A stretch of DNA of 64,000 nucleotides from Mytilus edulis (lineage: Eukaryota), in contig NC_092344.1 in assembly GCF_963676685.1 (NCBI RefSeq), positions 32,674,001 through 32,738,000 on the forward strand, given 5' to 3'. The position numbers and the translations under genes were made by a program. The notes beneath the pieces are model-generated. The model did not search any database, was not told the DNA's origin, and worked only from the letters and a program-made list of their open reading frames with translations. Shown here piece after piece: positions 1-14,400 of this stretch; position 1 is the first letter of the stretch, and each line of letters opens with the position of its first letter.

Positions 1-161
1 TTGAAGTCCAATCAACTTCAAACTTAGTATACATGTTCCCTATGATATGATCTTTTAAATTTTAATGCCAAATTAGAGGGTTTACCCCAATTTCACGGTC
101 CACTGAACATAGAAAATGATAGTGCGAGTGCGGCATTCGTGTACTGGGGACACATTCTTGT
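1..161. mobile_element. 3' end of a Helentron-associated (HINE-like) interspersed repeat
   Basis: Core-repeat-like text (caacttcaaacttagtatacatgttcc) and a GC-rich terminal block ending ...gacacattcttgtt; similar in style to other elements in the window. Confidence 0.4.
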
Positions 162-746
162 TATTGTCTTTTTTAAACAATTAGTTTTCAACCAAATAAA
201 ACGTCTAATTCCTTTGCCTTCCATGATTGATCTTCAAAGTAACTGATGTGTCATAAGGCAAGACATATAAAAAAAAAGAAGATGTGCATACATCTAGCAT
301 ACATGCTCCATGGATTCTCCATGCGGTAAACGGGGAAAAGTCTGGTATACAGGTCACACTAATGACTATGATAATCATATTTCTATGACATAATTAAATT
401 TATCAAACCTTTTAAATTTAAAACATTTGAATGAATCCTAAAGAAAATCTTTAAACAAACAAAAAGAAAGAAACAGTAAAAGTTAGCCATTGCTTCTATA
501 ATATCGTGATTTTGTTTCCCAGTTACTTTTTTTATGACATTCTTCCAATGATACATACCGCAATCATATATATCACTTATAATAACCAAAATGAAAGTGA
601 AAGTGAAAGTGAAAGTTGTTCCATAAAAAGACCAGAAAATGCACATATATTTTTTATTTAATTCGATATGCTACCGCCAGGGATGTAAGAGTAATTGCAG
701 AAGAACACTAGATGGACAAAGAAGACTGATCAAGAATATAGTTGTC

Positions 747-3700
747 ATGAAGAGGAATAGCAAATTCCGACATGGCATTCTCAAACCATGTGAACGAAAA
801 GTAAGTATTGAGGACTATGCTACATTCAACAATTAGCTAAATATTGTCCCCCTTTTTCTTTTCTTTTCTTCAGAGTTGAAGCTTTTCTTTAATATTTCAT
901 TCCAACATATTGCACATGTGTTAACTGTTGCTCTTTTTCCGAGGCTGTTAACATACTTGTAAATCTTCACAATAACTATAGTGCTAGTATTGGTAGCCTA
1001 CCCATTTATCATGTTGATCGAATTTTATTTTTTAAAAATTGCTAGATTGGCTAGGACTATAGACATGATAGATGCAGCATAGGCGGATCCAGGGGGGACC
1101 CTAGGGCCTGGGCCCCCTTTTTGTGGGAAAATTTTTGTAGATTATATAGGGAATCACTGAAGCTTGACTGGAGCGCCCTTCCCCCCTTAGGTCAGTCAGC
1201 AGGCCCGCCCCTTATGAAAAGTTCTGGATCCGCCACTGTGCAGCAGTTACAAAACACATACAAAAACAGTAAAAATAATTAATAGAAAATGGATGTTCAT
1301 GTCTATATACAAGATCATTTTAAAAGGAATTGATAAAGGCAAATAAAGCTTTTTATACGCCCGTCAAAATTTTAACGGGACGTATTATGGTATACAAATG
1401 TCTGGCGTAAACATGTCGCACTGTAACTTGAGAACGACTCATCCAAATTTCATGAAACTTAATACAGTTGTTCCTTATAATGGTCAAACAATCTGTATAC
1501 TTTTTGGTGAAAATAAGATTAAAACTTTATGAGTTACGGGACTTTGTAAATAAAAAAAGGGTGTGTAATTTTTCACATGTTGCACTGTATCTCAAAAACA
1601 ATTTATGATATTGCTTAAAACTTCACACACTTCTTAGTTATATTCATCTTAAGATCTGTATACTTTTTGGTGATGATTCAAAATTATATTTAAAAAATAT
1701 TAAGTTTTTTGTTAAAAAAAGGTGGGTTTTCACATGTCACGCTGTATCTTTGAAACTATTTATGATTCTTGCACACAAGATGACGGGCGTATCATGGGCT
1801 CATGGTGCAGCTGTTTATTCTTTATGTTTGTTGTTTCAAGACATTCCAGTGCATGTAAAATATAAGTCAAAAGGAGAAACAATGAAGTGAATTAACTATA
1901 TCATGCATATAAAACCTTGCTTAGAGGTACACTGTACTGTGGCTAGAACATTTTCTATCCTAGAAATTCTCACACTGCATGGAAAATGTAAGCTTACAAA
2001 GATCTACAAACATTCTTAAAAATAAAAAACAAAATTACTTTCTTAGCCAAAAAAACCCACATTGTAAGTGGTTCAACAAATACACATTTCTAGTACTGTG
2101 AAAGTACTTTTATTCGTGGGGTACCAATTTTCGTGGTTTTCGTGGATGACTTTATCCACGAATTTAAGTGTCCAACGAAATAAAATAACCATTGTCTAAA
2201 TCAAGACCTGGAAAGATCCCAATCGGTAGGTTTGACTACTGATATGACATGTATGATCTAGTCTAAGAGAAGATATTGAATAGCACCAACTATGAGAATA
2301 CTTTAATAGCAGGCACAGAACTACAACCGCATGCAGGATTATACCCATTTAATCTTTAATAACCTAAAATGTACAACTTTTGTTTTTGATCAATGAAAGT
2401 CAGATCTCCGGTATTGATATGCTAGTATGATAAAGTGTTCATTTTATATCCTCATAGTTCTCGTACATATAAGAAATAAAAAAATTATGCTGGTCTTTAT
2501 TTTGATAAGAATTATTTGACAATTCATAGCATTTGTTTATGTTACTGTTTTCTTTAGGTGACATGTTAATGGCCTAATTAAACTTTTGATGGTCTTTAAT
2601 CTGTTGATCACTTTATCATGGGTTAATTGGTGTTATCACTACAATTTACACGGGTCAATTTTTTTCTGTAGGTCAATTGCACTTTCCTTCAATCTAGACT
2701 ATTTGTAACCCTCGTTTCTAAAGGCTTCAATTTTTCAATTTTATTTTTTTTAGGAAACTAAAATCCACGAATTAAAAAACCCACGAACATGTAAATATTG
2801 CTCAAACCACGAAAATTAATACCCACGAATTAAAGTACTTTCACAGTATACAGTTTTACTCTGTTTTCAGTCAATATTTAGAACTGTAAAAGATTTGATA
2901 ACTCCAAAATGGTTATCCAGACTTTTCACCACTGAAGAACAGCATGAGCCTAAAGAACCACAGGAGGAAGACACAAGAACAAGGGTATTTATTAGTTATG
3001 TTAGACATTAAGAGATATGAAAGAGGTTGATTACAAAATTGATCTTTCAGCATTCTCAAATCGATAAAAACTTTTTTATAAATTATACATTACAAGTCAA
3101 TGCTCGATCCATAGATGTATAAAGCTGTACACAGAAGGTTGATCTAAACAGATTCATTACAAAAGGTCTGTTTAGAAGGGATTGAAAGTTTTCTATCAAT
3201 TTAGTTCAGTCAATCCAAAATTGTTCACACATTATGATCCTTTTAATAAAGAGATTTTCCAGTTTATAGTACAAATCAATTTTTAAGAATATTTATACAT
3301 TTGTTATTTCCAAACTCTTTCTAATACTTGCATATCTGACTTTTCATTTTATTTCTTTTTTCAGTCCATATTTGGATCGTTGAAAGATTTGTTAACACCA
3401 TCATGGTTGACCAGATACATCACTTTGAAACCAGGAAATATAAACACACAGGATTTTAGTAAAGACTGTAAGGTATAAAATACTAAAGCATCAAAATGTT
3501 CCACCTCTCAAAAATTAACACATTACATGGCCTTTTACTATGGTAGATGCTGAAGTTCCCCTTTGTATAATCATATATAAAATCTTTTCATATTCTTGTA
3601 TATATAATGTTGTAACAACTATCCACAATAATCAATTATCTAATTGGGTCAATGAAGGAGGTTGTGGATTTGATCCCCTGTCAGATTTAACCAAAGACTT

Positions 3701-5386
3701 GAAAATCTACATTTGCCTTCTCTTTTAAGCAAACTTTAGCTTTTAGGAATGCAAACAAAGTAGATTTCTCAACTGAGTTTTGTTTACATGAAGTAGCAAA
3801 CATCCAATAAGAAACAATAAACATTATACACAATCATTGCATAATGTTCTTCAGTGAACAGTTCTTCAAGTAAGCTAGTACACTAGGGCATTTTTGGGGC
3901 CTTTTATAACTTGCTGTTCGGTGTGAGCCAAGGCTCTGTATTGAGGACTGTACTTTGACCTGTAATGGTTTACTGTTACAAATTGTGACTTTGATGGAGA
4001 GTAGTCTCATTGGCACTCATATCGCATCTTCTTATATGTTTAATTATTCAAATGATTAGATATAAGAAGATGTGGTGTGAGTGCCAATGAGACAACTCTC
4101 CATCCAAATAACAATTTATAAAAGTAAACCATTAAAGGTCAATGTACGGCCTTCAACACGAAGCCTTGTCTCACACCGAACAACAAGCTATAAAGGGCCC
4201 CAAAATTACTAGTGTAAAACCATTCAAACGGGAAAACCAACAGTCTAATCATTATAAAAAACGAGAAACCAGAAACACGTATAAATTACATAAACAAAGG
4301 ACAACTACTGTACATCAGAAGTCGATTTCACAAAAAAACTGATGACTAAGATTAATCGTAAGTATACTGTTTGGTTTATGACTTAAGACTAATCTTAGTC
4401 GTAAGTTTTTTTTGTGAAACCGACCCCAGATTCCTGACAGGTGCAAACATTTGCAGCGGAATTTAACATTTTAATGGTACCAAACCTTCTTTCTTTTTCT
4501 GAAACAATAGTATAACATCACAACATAGAAAAACACACGATAAAATCAATTACTTTTAAAATGTTTTACAAAGTTGCACTGATCAAATGGTTAAATTTTT
4601 AACTTATTGTTGGTGAAAGGTTGTTTGTATTGAGCAATAAATTGTGGCTCTGGGGCTGCTTATAATTTTATTATATTTACCATAACAAATATATAAGGGA
4701 GATAATCATAATGATAGACACAATTAATATTATCTCCCCTTATTATCATGTTTTAAATTTACTACAAAATTTTGTTTTTAAACTAATGAATTTCTGTTTT
4801 CCTTTATAGAACACATATTAATAGTTTTATAACAATTTAAACAATATTTATAACCAATTACTGTCATTAGGACAGAAGTTCTCATATTTTTTTTCATAGA
4901 ATAATACCTCCAGTTATCTCCCTTACAGTAATTCTTAAGTTTCTCAGACGTAAACCAAAGATTTTCTCAAATTGGGAAGAGGGCTGTGAGGCTGATGAAT
5001 GTTAATATTTATGAAAAAGGATTCAACCCCAAAATATCATTGGTCACTTCTATATTTTCACTTCCTTTCATCCATAACTATATTAATTTTCCCTCTTTTC
5101 CCCAATACAACTTGAAAAGTATCATCTTTTTACAGGTGTATCAAAATGACTATGGTCATAGGCATCCATATTACTCAATTCAAAATATTGCTTTTATATG
5201 TTCAATTGCTGAGGGATATTCAAGGAAAAAATTGAGGAGAAGGGTCAGTCTCAGACAACACCAATACTTCTTTTACAACCAACCAACCATATTTTTTTTT
5301 CTCATGTTAACAGAATTGTTTTTATACGACCGCAAAATTTGAAAAATTTTTCGTCGTATATTGCTATCACGTTGGCGTCGGCGTCG

Positions 5387-5419
<33 letters not shown>

Positions 5420-8400
5420 TCGTCGTCGTCCTGCGTCCGAATACTTTTAGTTTTCGCACTCTAACTTTAGTAAAAGTGAATGGAAATCTATGAAATTTTA
5501 ACACAAGGTTTATGACCACAAAAGGAAGGTTGGTATTGATTTTGGGAGTTTTGGTCCCAACATTTTAGGAATTAGGGGCCAAAAAGGGCCCAAATAAGCA
5601 TTTTCTTGGTTTTCGCACTATAACTTTAGTTTAAGTTAATAGAAATCTATGAAATTTTGACACAAGGTTTATGACCACAAAAGAACGGTTGGGATTGATT
5701 TTGGGAGTTTTGGTTTCAACAGTTTAGGAATTAGGGGCCAAAAAAGGGCCAAAATAAGCATTATTCTTGGTTTTCGCACAATAACTTTAGTTTAAGTAAA
5801 TAGAAATCAATGAAATTTAAACACAATGTTAATGACTACAAAAGGAAGGTTGGTATTGATTTTGGGAGTTTAGGTCCCAACAGTTTAGGAATTAGGGGCC
5901 AAAAAAGGGCCCAAATAAGCATTATTCTTGGTTTTCGCACCATAACGTTAGTATAAGTAAATAGAAATCTATGAAATTTAAACACAAGGTTTATGACCAT
6001 AAAAGGAAGGTTGGTATTGATTTTGGGAGTTTTGGTCCCAACAGAATAAGGGGCCCAAAGGGTCCAAAATTAAACTTTGTTTGATTTCATCAAAATTGAA
6101 TAATTGGGGTTCTTTGATATGCCGAATCTAACTGTCATGACTGTGTATGTAGATTCTTAACCTTTGGTCCCGTTTTCAAATTGGTCTACATTAAGGTCCA
6201 AAGGGTCCAAAATTAAACTTAGTTTGATTTTGACAAAAAATGAATCAGTTAGGTTCTTTGATATGCTGAATCTAAAAATGTACTTAGATTCTTGATTATT
6301 GGCATAGTTTTCAAGTTGGTCCAAATCGAAGTCCAAAATTAAACTTTGTTTGATTTCATCAAAAATTGAATAAATGGGGTTCTTTGATATACCAAATCTA
6401 ACTGTGTATGTAGATTCTTCATTTTTGGTCCTGTTTTCAAATTGGTCTACACTAAAGTCCAAAGGGTCCAAAATTCAACTTAGTCTGATTTTAACAAAAA
6501 TTGAAATCTTGGGGTTCTTTGATATGCTGAATCCAAAAATGTACTTAGATTTTTTATTATGGGCCCAGTTTTCAAGTTGGTCCAAATCCGGATCCAAAAT
6601 TATTATATTAAGTATTGTGCAATAGCAAGTCTTTTCAATTGCACAGTATTGCGCAATGGCAAGAAATATCTAATTGCACAATATTGTGAAATAGCAAATT
6701 TTTTTTTAATTAGAGTTATCTTTCTTTGTCCAGAATAGTAAGCAAGAAATATCTAATTGCAAAATATTGTGCAATAGCAAGATTTTTTTTAATTGGAGTT
6801 ATCTTTCTTTGTCCAGAATCAACTTAAATCTTTGTTATATACAATATACAATGTATATTCACTTTTTACTACCAACTGATAAATTAAAATAATCTTTACC
6901 ATTCAGTGATAACAAGCAGTTTTTTTACATCTTAATATTTTATGATGTATTTAAATGAGTAGTTATTGTTGCAAACTCCATTAGAAATTTTAATTCAGAT
7001 TAGTTTTGAAATAAGGGAAAGGGGAATGTGATTAAAAAAATTGGGTTCAATTTTTCTCATTTGAAATTTCATAAATAAAAAAGAAAATTTCTTCAAACAT
7101 TTTTTTGAGAGGATTAATATTCAACAGCATAGTGAATTGCTCTAAGAGAAAACAAAAATTTTAAGTTCATTAGAACACATTCATTCTGTGTCAGAAACCT
7201 ATGCTGTGTCAACTATTTAATCACAATCCAAATTTAGAGCTGAATCCAGCTTGAATGTTGTGTCCATACTTGCCCCAACTGTTCAGGGTTCAACCTCTGC
7301 GGTCGTATAAAGCTACGCCCTGCGGAGCATCTGGTTATTGTTTTTGCTTTTGCCCTTATTACCTAGTAGTTTTCAGAGATAATAATTTTCAGTGAAATTA
7401 GACATGTAATAATTTTTTCTATACAACCATTTTACAATATATATATTTTGCCCTTATTTTATCCTCCAAAATTTGATGGAATAGACTTCTATAAATAATC
7501 AAAAGTATATAAACTCTATTGTGACAATAATGTTGTTTTTAATTTCATAGAAACAAACATTAAATAGAGACAAACAACATCAGAATGTTGAAAGATCACC
7601 AGTAAATACATGCAACCAGAAAAATAACTCCAGATGCAGTGATACCTGTTTTCCCCAGTCAACATCTATTCCTCACACAGGGCCGAGAGAAGATATTCAT
7701 CATCATCAAGATCAAATTCCTGTTCAGAATACTGGTATATTCTCATCATCTCAGCTTCCATTACAAACAGTAAACATTGATGGCCATTACATAGATAATG
7801 GTAATAACATTATTATATTGGTTATGATGGATTGTGGATTAATGTCCAGTGGCAAATATTACAGGTGTATCAGGATGAGAAAATGTCAATGTAACATGAT
7901 TATGCACCTTGCTTTGTTCTAGAATGACATAATATGTAGCCTTTTTTTTAATCTGATATCTCACAATAGTCCACAGGAAGGCATGTCACCATACTAGGAC
8001 ACATTATATTGACTCAGTCCTGCCATTACTTCTAAATGCTGGGTGCTGTCTTTGGCTTACTTCAGTGGGTATTTAATTTATAAGCTGATTTAAAAGCATA
8101 AAATCAAGGAACTATTAGTATTTGTGATATTCTTGTAACATTACTAGATTTAAAGTAGAAGGTCCCTACGTAATGAAAGGTATATTGAGATCACATTTCA
8201 AATATTTTATAAAAAAAATAAAGTAGACCAACATATATGATTAAACTTATAGTCAAGACTCTTTATAGGAAGAAATAGAGAAAAAAACCAGTTTCATAGT
8301 TAAAAATATGTCTGAAATCCTTAATGATCAAAAATTTTGCGTGATGTCGAAAAACATTAAATGTCATGATTATCTAAATGAAATTCTTTAGAACAGAAAA

Positions 8401-11400
8401 TTTAACAGGTTTATAAAGGGAATCAATTGGTTTATATATAGAAGTACACCTGAACTTCAATTTTGTGATGTAGAAAAAGCTCATACAAGAAAGTTATTTG
8501 TATTGAAATTGACGACACCAGCCATTCTTTATCTTACATTGAGGTTTTCCCTTATTTGTTGTCAAATATGTATTGAAAACTATTATGTACGGCAAATGTC
8601 CATGCACATCAATCAAGTTGACTTTCAGTATCATATCTGTAGTAAATCTAAACCCTATCATTTTGTTTGATGATGAATATACACACAAAAATCTTACCTT
8701 AATTCAGTGGTTGTTGTTTGTTTTTGTGTTACATATTTGTTTTTCGTTAATTTTTTATACAAATAAGGCCGTTAGTTTTCTCGTTTGAAATGTTTTACAT
8801 TATCATGTCGGGGCCTTTTATAGCTGACTATGCGGTATGGGCTTTGCTCATTGTTGAAGGCTGTACGGTGACCTATAGTTGTTAATGTCTGTGTCATTTT
8901 GGTCTCTTGTGGACAGTTGTCTCATTGGCAATCATACCACATCTTCTTTTTTATATTGTCAAATTTCTTACCTTTAATACTACTGAAAATTTAGAAATTT
9001 TTGCTATGTTTTTATTATTGTGAAAAATGTGGTAGTGTTATAATTGCACTAATTTAAACTTGCATCTTGAATTTTTTTAGATGTATTATACAGGATTTTT
9101 CGCAATATAGCAAAAATTAAAATTGCATTTTAGCATTTTAGCCTAAAATAACAAATTTGCAATAATAAATGCATGCAATAATTTTTGAATTTACAGTATA
9201 TAAGACGATATAAAGAAAGCCCAGTCAGGCCTATTGCTTATGAGGATTTATTTTTATTTTAGATGACAACTTTTCTAACATTAGTGATTATTCTGGGTGT
9301 TCAAGTGGATATTCCTCAATGAAACCACATCAGCCAACCAGCATTGAAGAGAAAAAATTACTTACAGAACTGAATAACAATGGTTGGCATAACTCAGGTA
9401 GCAAAAATACTTCACAAATACTACCATGTACATGATATGCATGTGCTAATTTTATCTAATGATATTTTTTTAGAAAGTATATACCGGTACATGTTTATGG
9501 TCAGTGGTAGGGTGTGTTTATCAAATATGGACTGACCATTTTAAGTTTGTCCTTTGCTCTGGTTGCTTTAGATCAACTTCATTGCAGGATTAACTTCTTA
9601 GACCTTCCATAAAATTTGTGATTGCAGATCTAGTATGTGCACATTTAACAATTAATCTGGATGAGGTTGAGGCCTTTGTATAGTTGTTATGATATTCACA
9701 TATACTATTGCCAATTTCTTAGTGACCAATATCTTCATTTCAGTTTTTTGTTTCAGAGCTATCTGACACATCATGAAAGATACTATATATCAAAACATGT
9801 ATTTAAAACATATATTTTACTTTTAAATGTATCCATTTTTTGTTAGAGTAAAACTTTGTTTACTTCTAGATTCTCCAAAAATTATGAATTGGTCAGCACA
9901 GTACAATACTAAAATGCCAAAGAAGTCATCATTGACAGAAAAGTCCAGCTCAGGACTGAACTTATTTCCAAGTAGAGCAGATGTAAGTCCATTTTATTTT
10001 TGTTGAACCTGCAATATTTTGTTTAGGAAGTGATCATGGAGATTAATATGACATTTAGTTTCAGTATGTGGTTAAAGTTTTTTTTTAACATCAATAACTT
10101 ATTTAAGTCATTATGGAATTTTATGAAACAGAAGCTTTTTATGATCAATAGAGAAAAATCCAGAGCGTAATTTAAGTTTTTTTCTTTATTCTTCCATATT
10201 TTTCTGATAAATGGACTTACAACTTTTTTGGCAGATAACATTTAAATACAGAATGAGATAAATTTTTATTAGACATAAATGAATATTTTGTATTCTATTA
10301 TTTGAAGTAATGAGCATTATTTTCAGGAGAGTGCAACAATACTGTCTAATAGATTAATTGAAAGAAATTTTCATCCTGGTACAACATTTGGAAGAGGTTC
10401 ACCACAGAAAAGAAAATGGAATGAAAATTGTAGTCCCAGTTCTCCACATAAGGTAGAGTAGATTTCTCTTGCTATTGTAGTTAGTTTTTGTTTTTAAGTA
10501 ACAAAAAACTTGTAATTAAGAAAACGCTTTCGTGATTTATCATTCTCTATATTAAGCAACAAAAAAACGGCATTGATGTGCTAGCCAAATATATCATTAT
10601 TAAAAATAGAAGGAAAAGTTATAGATAAACAAGAAATTAAAGTGAAATGTGGGTTTGCATCAATTACAATTAAAATATTTTCCATTCTTCATAGATTCCA
10701 ACAAGACAGAAAATGCAAGCCAGACATGTAACCAGCTCAATAAACAGTAATTTACTCATTAGCTTGGGAGCCAAAAATATGGAGGGAACATTGGAAAAAC
10801 TGAAAACAGAAATCGAAGTAAGTGTATTTTTGTTTAATTAATTCTATAGCAATTTAACCCTTTCTGAATCAAATGTATAAAAAAAATCATCAACGTGTTG
10901 TAGCCGATGATCTCTGAACATGATTGGATGAGTTTTCAGGTCATAACCGTTATAAGCTCACTGAATAAATCAAAATGATCAATTAGATGTTAATGAAATT
11001 GACAACCTTGTGGAATGTGGAAGGCACTCAATGGGATATTTGTTTATTTATTCATTAGAGAAACAGATTCTTACATAGTTACTAGTGGATTATTAGATTT
11101 ATCCAATCTCAATAATTTTATCAATTTTATTAAATTTCTCCCAAGACTGGGAATTTTTCGATAATTTAACTATTTTGATTGGATAAATCTTATAATCCAC
11201 TGGTACCAATGTAAGAAAGTTTCAGAATCTATATTTACATTGTACCATACATTATTTCAAAGAGCCTTCAATGAAATAAATGTAACAGGATGAAAATTCA
11301 TTTAAAAAGGACAAAACAAAACCCCAGTTTAGTATATAATTGAAAGATGATTTGGTGTACATCACAATTAGACAGCAACCCATGAATACAAAAAGAACAA

Positions 11401-14400
11401 CAAACATTTATTCCTGACTTATAAAATCATTTATTTTACTTTTAAGGAGTTCCACCTAACATCTACAGACAATGATATATCATTATATGATATGTCTAAA
11501 AAAGATAAATGTCACAGTGTAGGGAAAGAGAGTCATTACAGTAATATTGACAAGTTATCATTTGTGTCATCAAGTACTGATAAAGAATTAGAAGAACAAG
11601 GTAACTAATATATTCATTATGATTAAAAATAAAAGGAGATTATTATACTTTAGTAAATACATGTACTACTGTTAAGTCTTATGAATTATAAACTATAAGC
11701 AATTCAAACTAGATACTGTGGATTCATTTATATTTGTTGGAAACCAATTTTCATGGGTACAGGGGAACCACAAATTTAAATGTTCATGGAATTACAAATT
11801 TTCCAATGGAATGTATGCAGACTTTGCCAAAACTATGAAATTAAATATCCACAAACATGCAAATTTTCCTCACATTATGAAAATAAATGAATCCACGGTA
11901 GATTTAAAATATTGTAGCTTGACAACATTACCAATTGCTACTGTTTCTTCTCCACCATGCTAAAACTTTAAGATCCGCCTTTTAGATCACATGACCCTAA
12001 AAGTATGTTTTTAGTTATTACAGTTAATATTTTATCATATGCATGACCTCAAAGACTAATTTTGACAATTTTTTGTGTTTTGCAAAAACTATAAATATAG
12101 ATAGAGATAAATTGTAAACAGCATTATTTCTCTCAAAATAATATCTAATTTTAACTTAACTAAAATTGTCAATTGCCTTTGAAAGATGTGTTTCTCTCAA
12201 TTTTGTCCAGAAAGATAATTTTTCTTTTGTGCAGTCTTTCACAAACTAAAATAGATGATTACCAGATAAAAACCCAAAAGATCGCAGTGAGCTTTTCTCT
12301 TTACTCATCGTCTTGTCAGCAGCAATCACAGGTGAGAGACAGGGTTCCATGGATATTTTAACTTTTGCATTAAGTCCTGACATGTTATGTTTTATTCTGT
12401 TTGTTATATTTTGTTATGTTTTGGTTGGGTTTTTTTAATGTTTTTTTTTTGTGTTTTGTTACGTATTGTAATACATCAATGATATGTCATTATTCTTCTG
12501 CTTTATTTCTAGATGATTGCCAGATAGGATCGGCTGGTTTAAGTTCTAAATCTGATATGACATCACATCTAAATGGTTATTCAAAATCAAGCAGTGAATT
12601 CTATTTGACAGGCAATAGCAATAGTTCAGCCAAGTTTGGAGGAAAGTCAGTCTTATACAATAATGGATTTATAGTGAAAAAAAGATTAACAGAACTATCT
12701 GAAAGAATAGATCAACCCCAGTCTTGTAAATATACTTATAGCAAAGATTTGCCAAAACAAAATGGTTCATCATTTAGCAAATACTATGAATTGCAACCTT
12801 TAGAGACAGAAATAACATCTGAAATCAATGAAAGTACAATTTCCAAGGAATATGTTGTCAAGGACAAATCAGAAGTCATGGTCAAAAGTTCAGACAACAA
12901 ATCTAGGGAAAGCTCATCTGGAGATACCATAACATGTGATACACTTAGTTCTTCTTCAAGATTGTCAAGGACACCATTATTGGGAACATCCGAGACAGCA
13001 GCACTTGCATCTCAAATATCAGAAACATCAACACAAAACAGGTTAATATCTCCAATGGCAGCAGCAATACCTAGAACATCAACACCTTCATTAAGCACAT
13101 CTTGGATATCAACATCTGCATCTCAGACCATATTTGGCAAATCACTTGCTTCAACATCTTTCTGTACAAAATCAGAGACATCAGAAGTTTTAATTGGAAA
13201 TTCGAATAAATCAACACCATCAGTTGGACTTCCTCAGTCAACATTGCCAATAAATTCCACATCTTGGGTTTCAACACCAACATTTAGAGCTCCTCAACCA
13301 CCAATACCAACATTAGGAACACCTCTGACATCAGCATCAACAGTTGCCACATCTCTGGTATCAAAAGTTACATTTGGAAATCCTCAGACATCAACATTTG
13401 CCAATTCAATGGTATCAAAACCAGCAATTAAAACAGATAAGACCTCAGCAACACCAACTAGCATATCAATGCTTTCTATACCAGCATTTGGAACACATCT
13501 GACATCAGCACAAAGAAGTAGCACATCACTGATATCACCACCAGTATTTGGACCATATCCAATATCAGCACCAACAACTAGCACATCACTGCTATCAACA
13601 CCAGCATTTGGAACACATCTGACATCAGCACAAAGAAGTATCACATCACTGCCATCAACACCAGCATTTGGAACACAGGTGACATCAGCACCAACTACTA
13701 GCACATCACTGCTATCAACTACAGCATTTGGAACACATCGAATGTCAGCAACAAAAACAAGCACTTCTGTGGCTTTAACATTTGGAACAATAGAAGCGTC
13801 AGGATCAATTGGGACATCATCCAACACTCATGGAACACATCAGACATCAGAGACAGACAGAATGACATTAGGAAATGTTCAGACATCATCATCAGTAATA
13901 TGTAAAACATCTTCAACACCCATACAAACATTTGGAACATTCCAAAAATCATTAGCTCCATTTAGGCAGCCTCAGGTTACAACAATGAAGCCTGAAATGT
14001 CTAATGCACCACCAATGTTTACAATGATGCAAAAACAAACATCAAACGTTGGGGCCTCCAATAATGGTGATATAGCAACTGCTGAAATCTCAAAACTAAG
14101 AACAACTGAGGCAATTAATTTGAATTCTAGGGAATGTCCTATAACCTCTTCAGCTTTTGGAATATCTCACTCATCTCCGATAATGCCACCAGAGAAAGAA
14201 AGATCATTACAAGCTATCGACACTTGTACAGCACAGAAATCAAGGTCAAAATCTGGAACATCAGAGGCTTCAATAAAAGCATATGCTACATCTCAGTCAT
14301 CACCATATGAAACAATGCACAACTCAGTTTCAGCATCTGGAACACCTTTGATACCAACCACAGTATTTGAAAGATCTTGGGAATCATCATCATTTGAATC

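Noticed and set aside
6157-6625. ORFs with repeated LDFDLDQ/GFFD motifs
   Set aside because: Translations of tandem repeats inside the HINE element.
12401-12512. Hydrophobic signal or TM N-terminus of the 725-aa ORF (mucin-like secreted protein)
   Set aside because: This is T-rich intron sequence upstream of the acceptor at 12512. The exon is internal to a larger gene.
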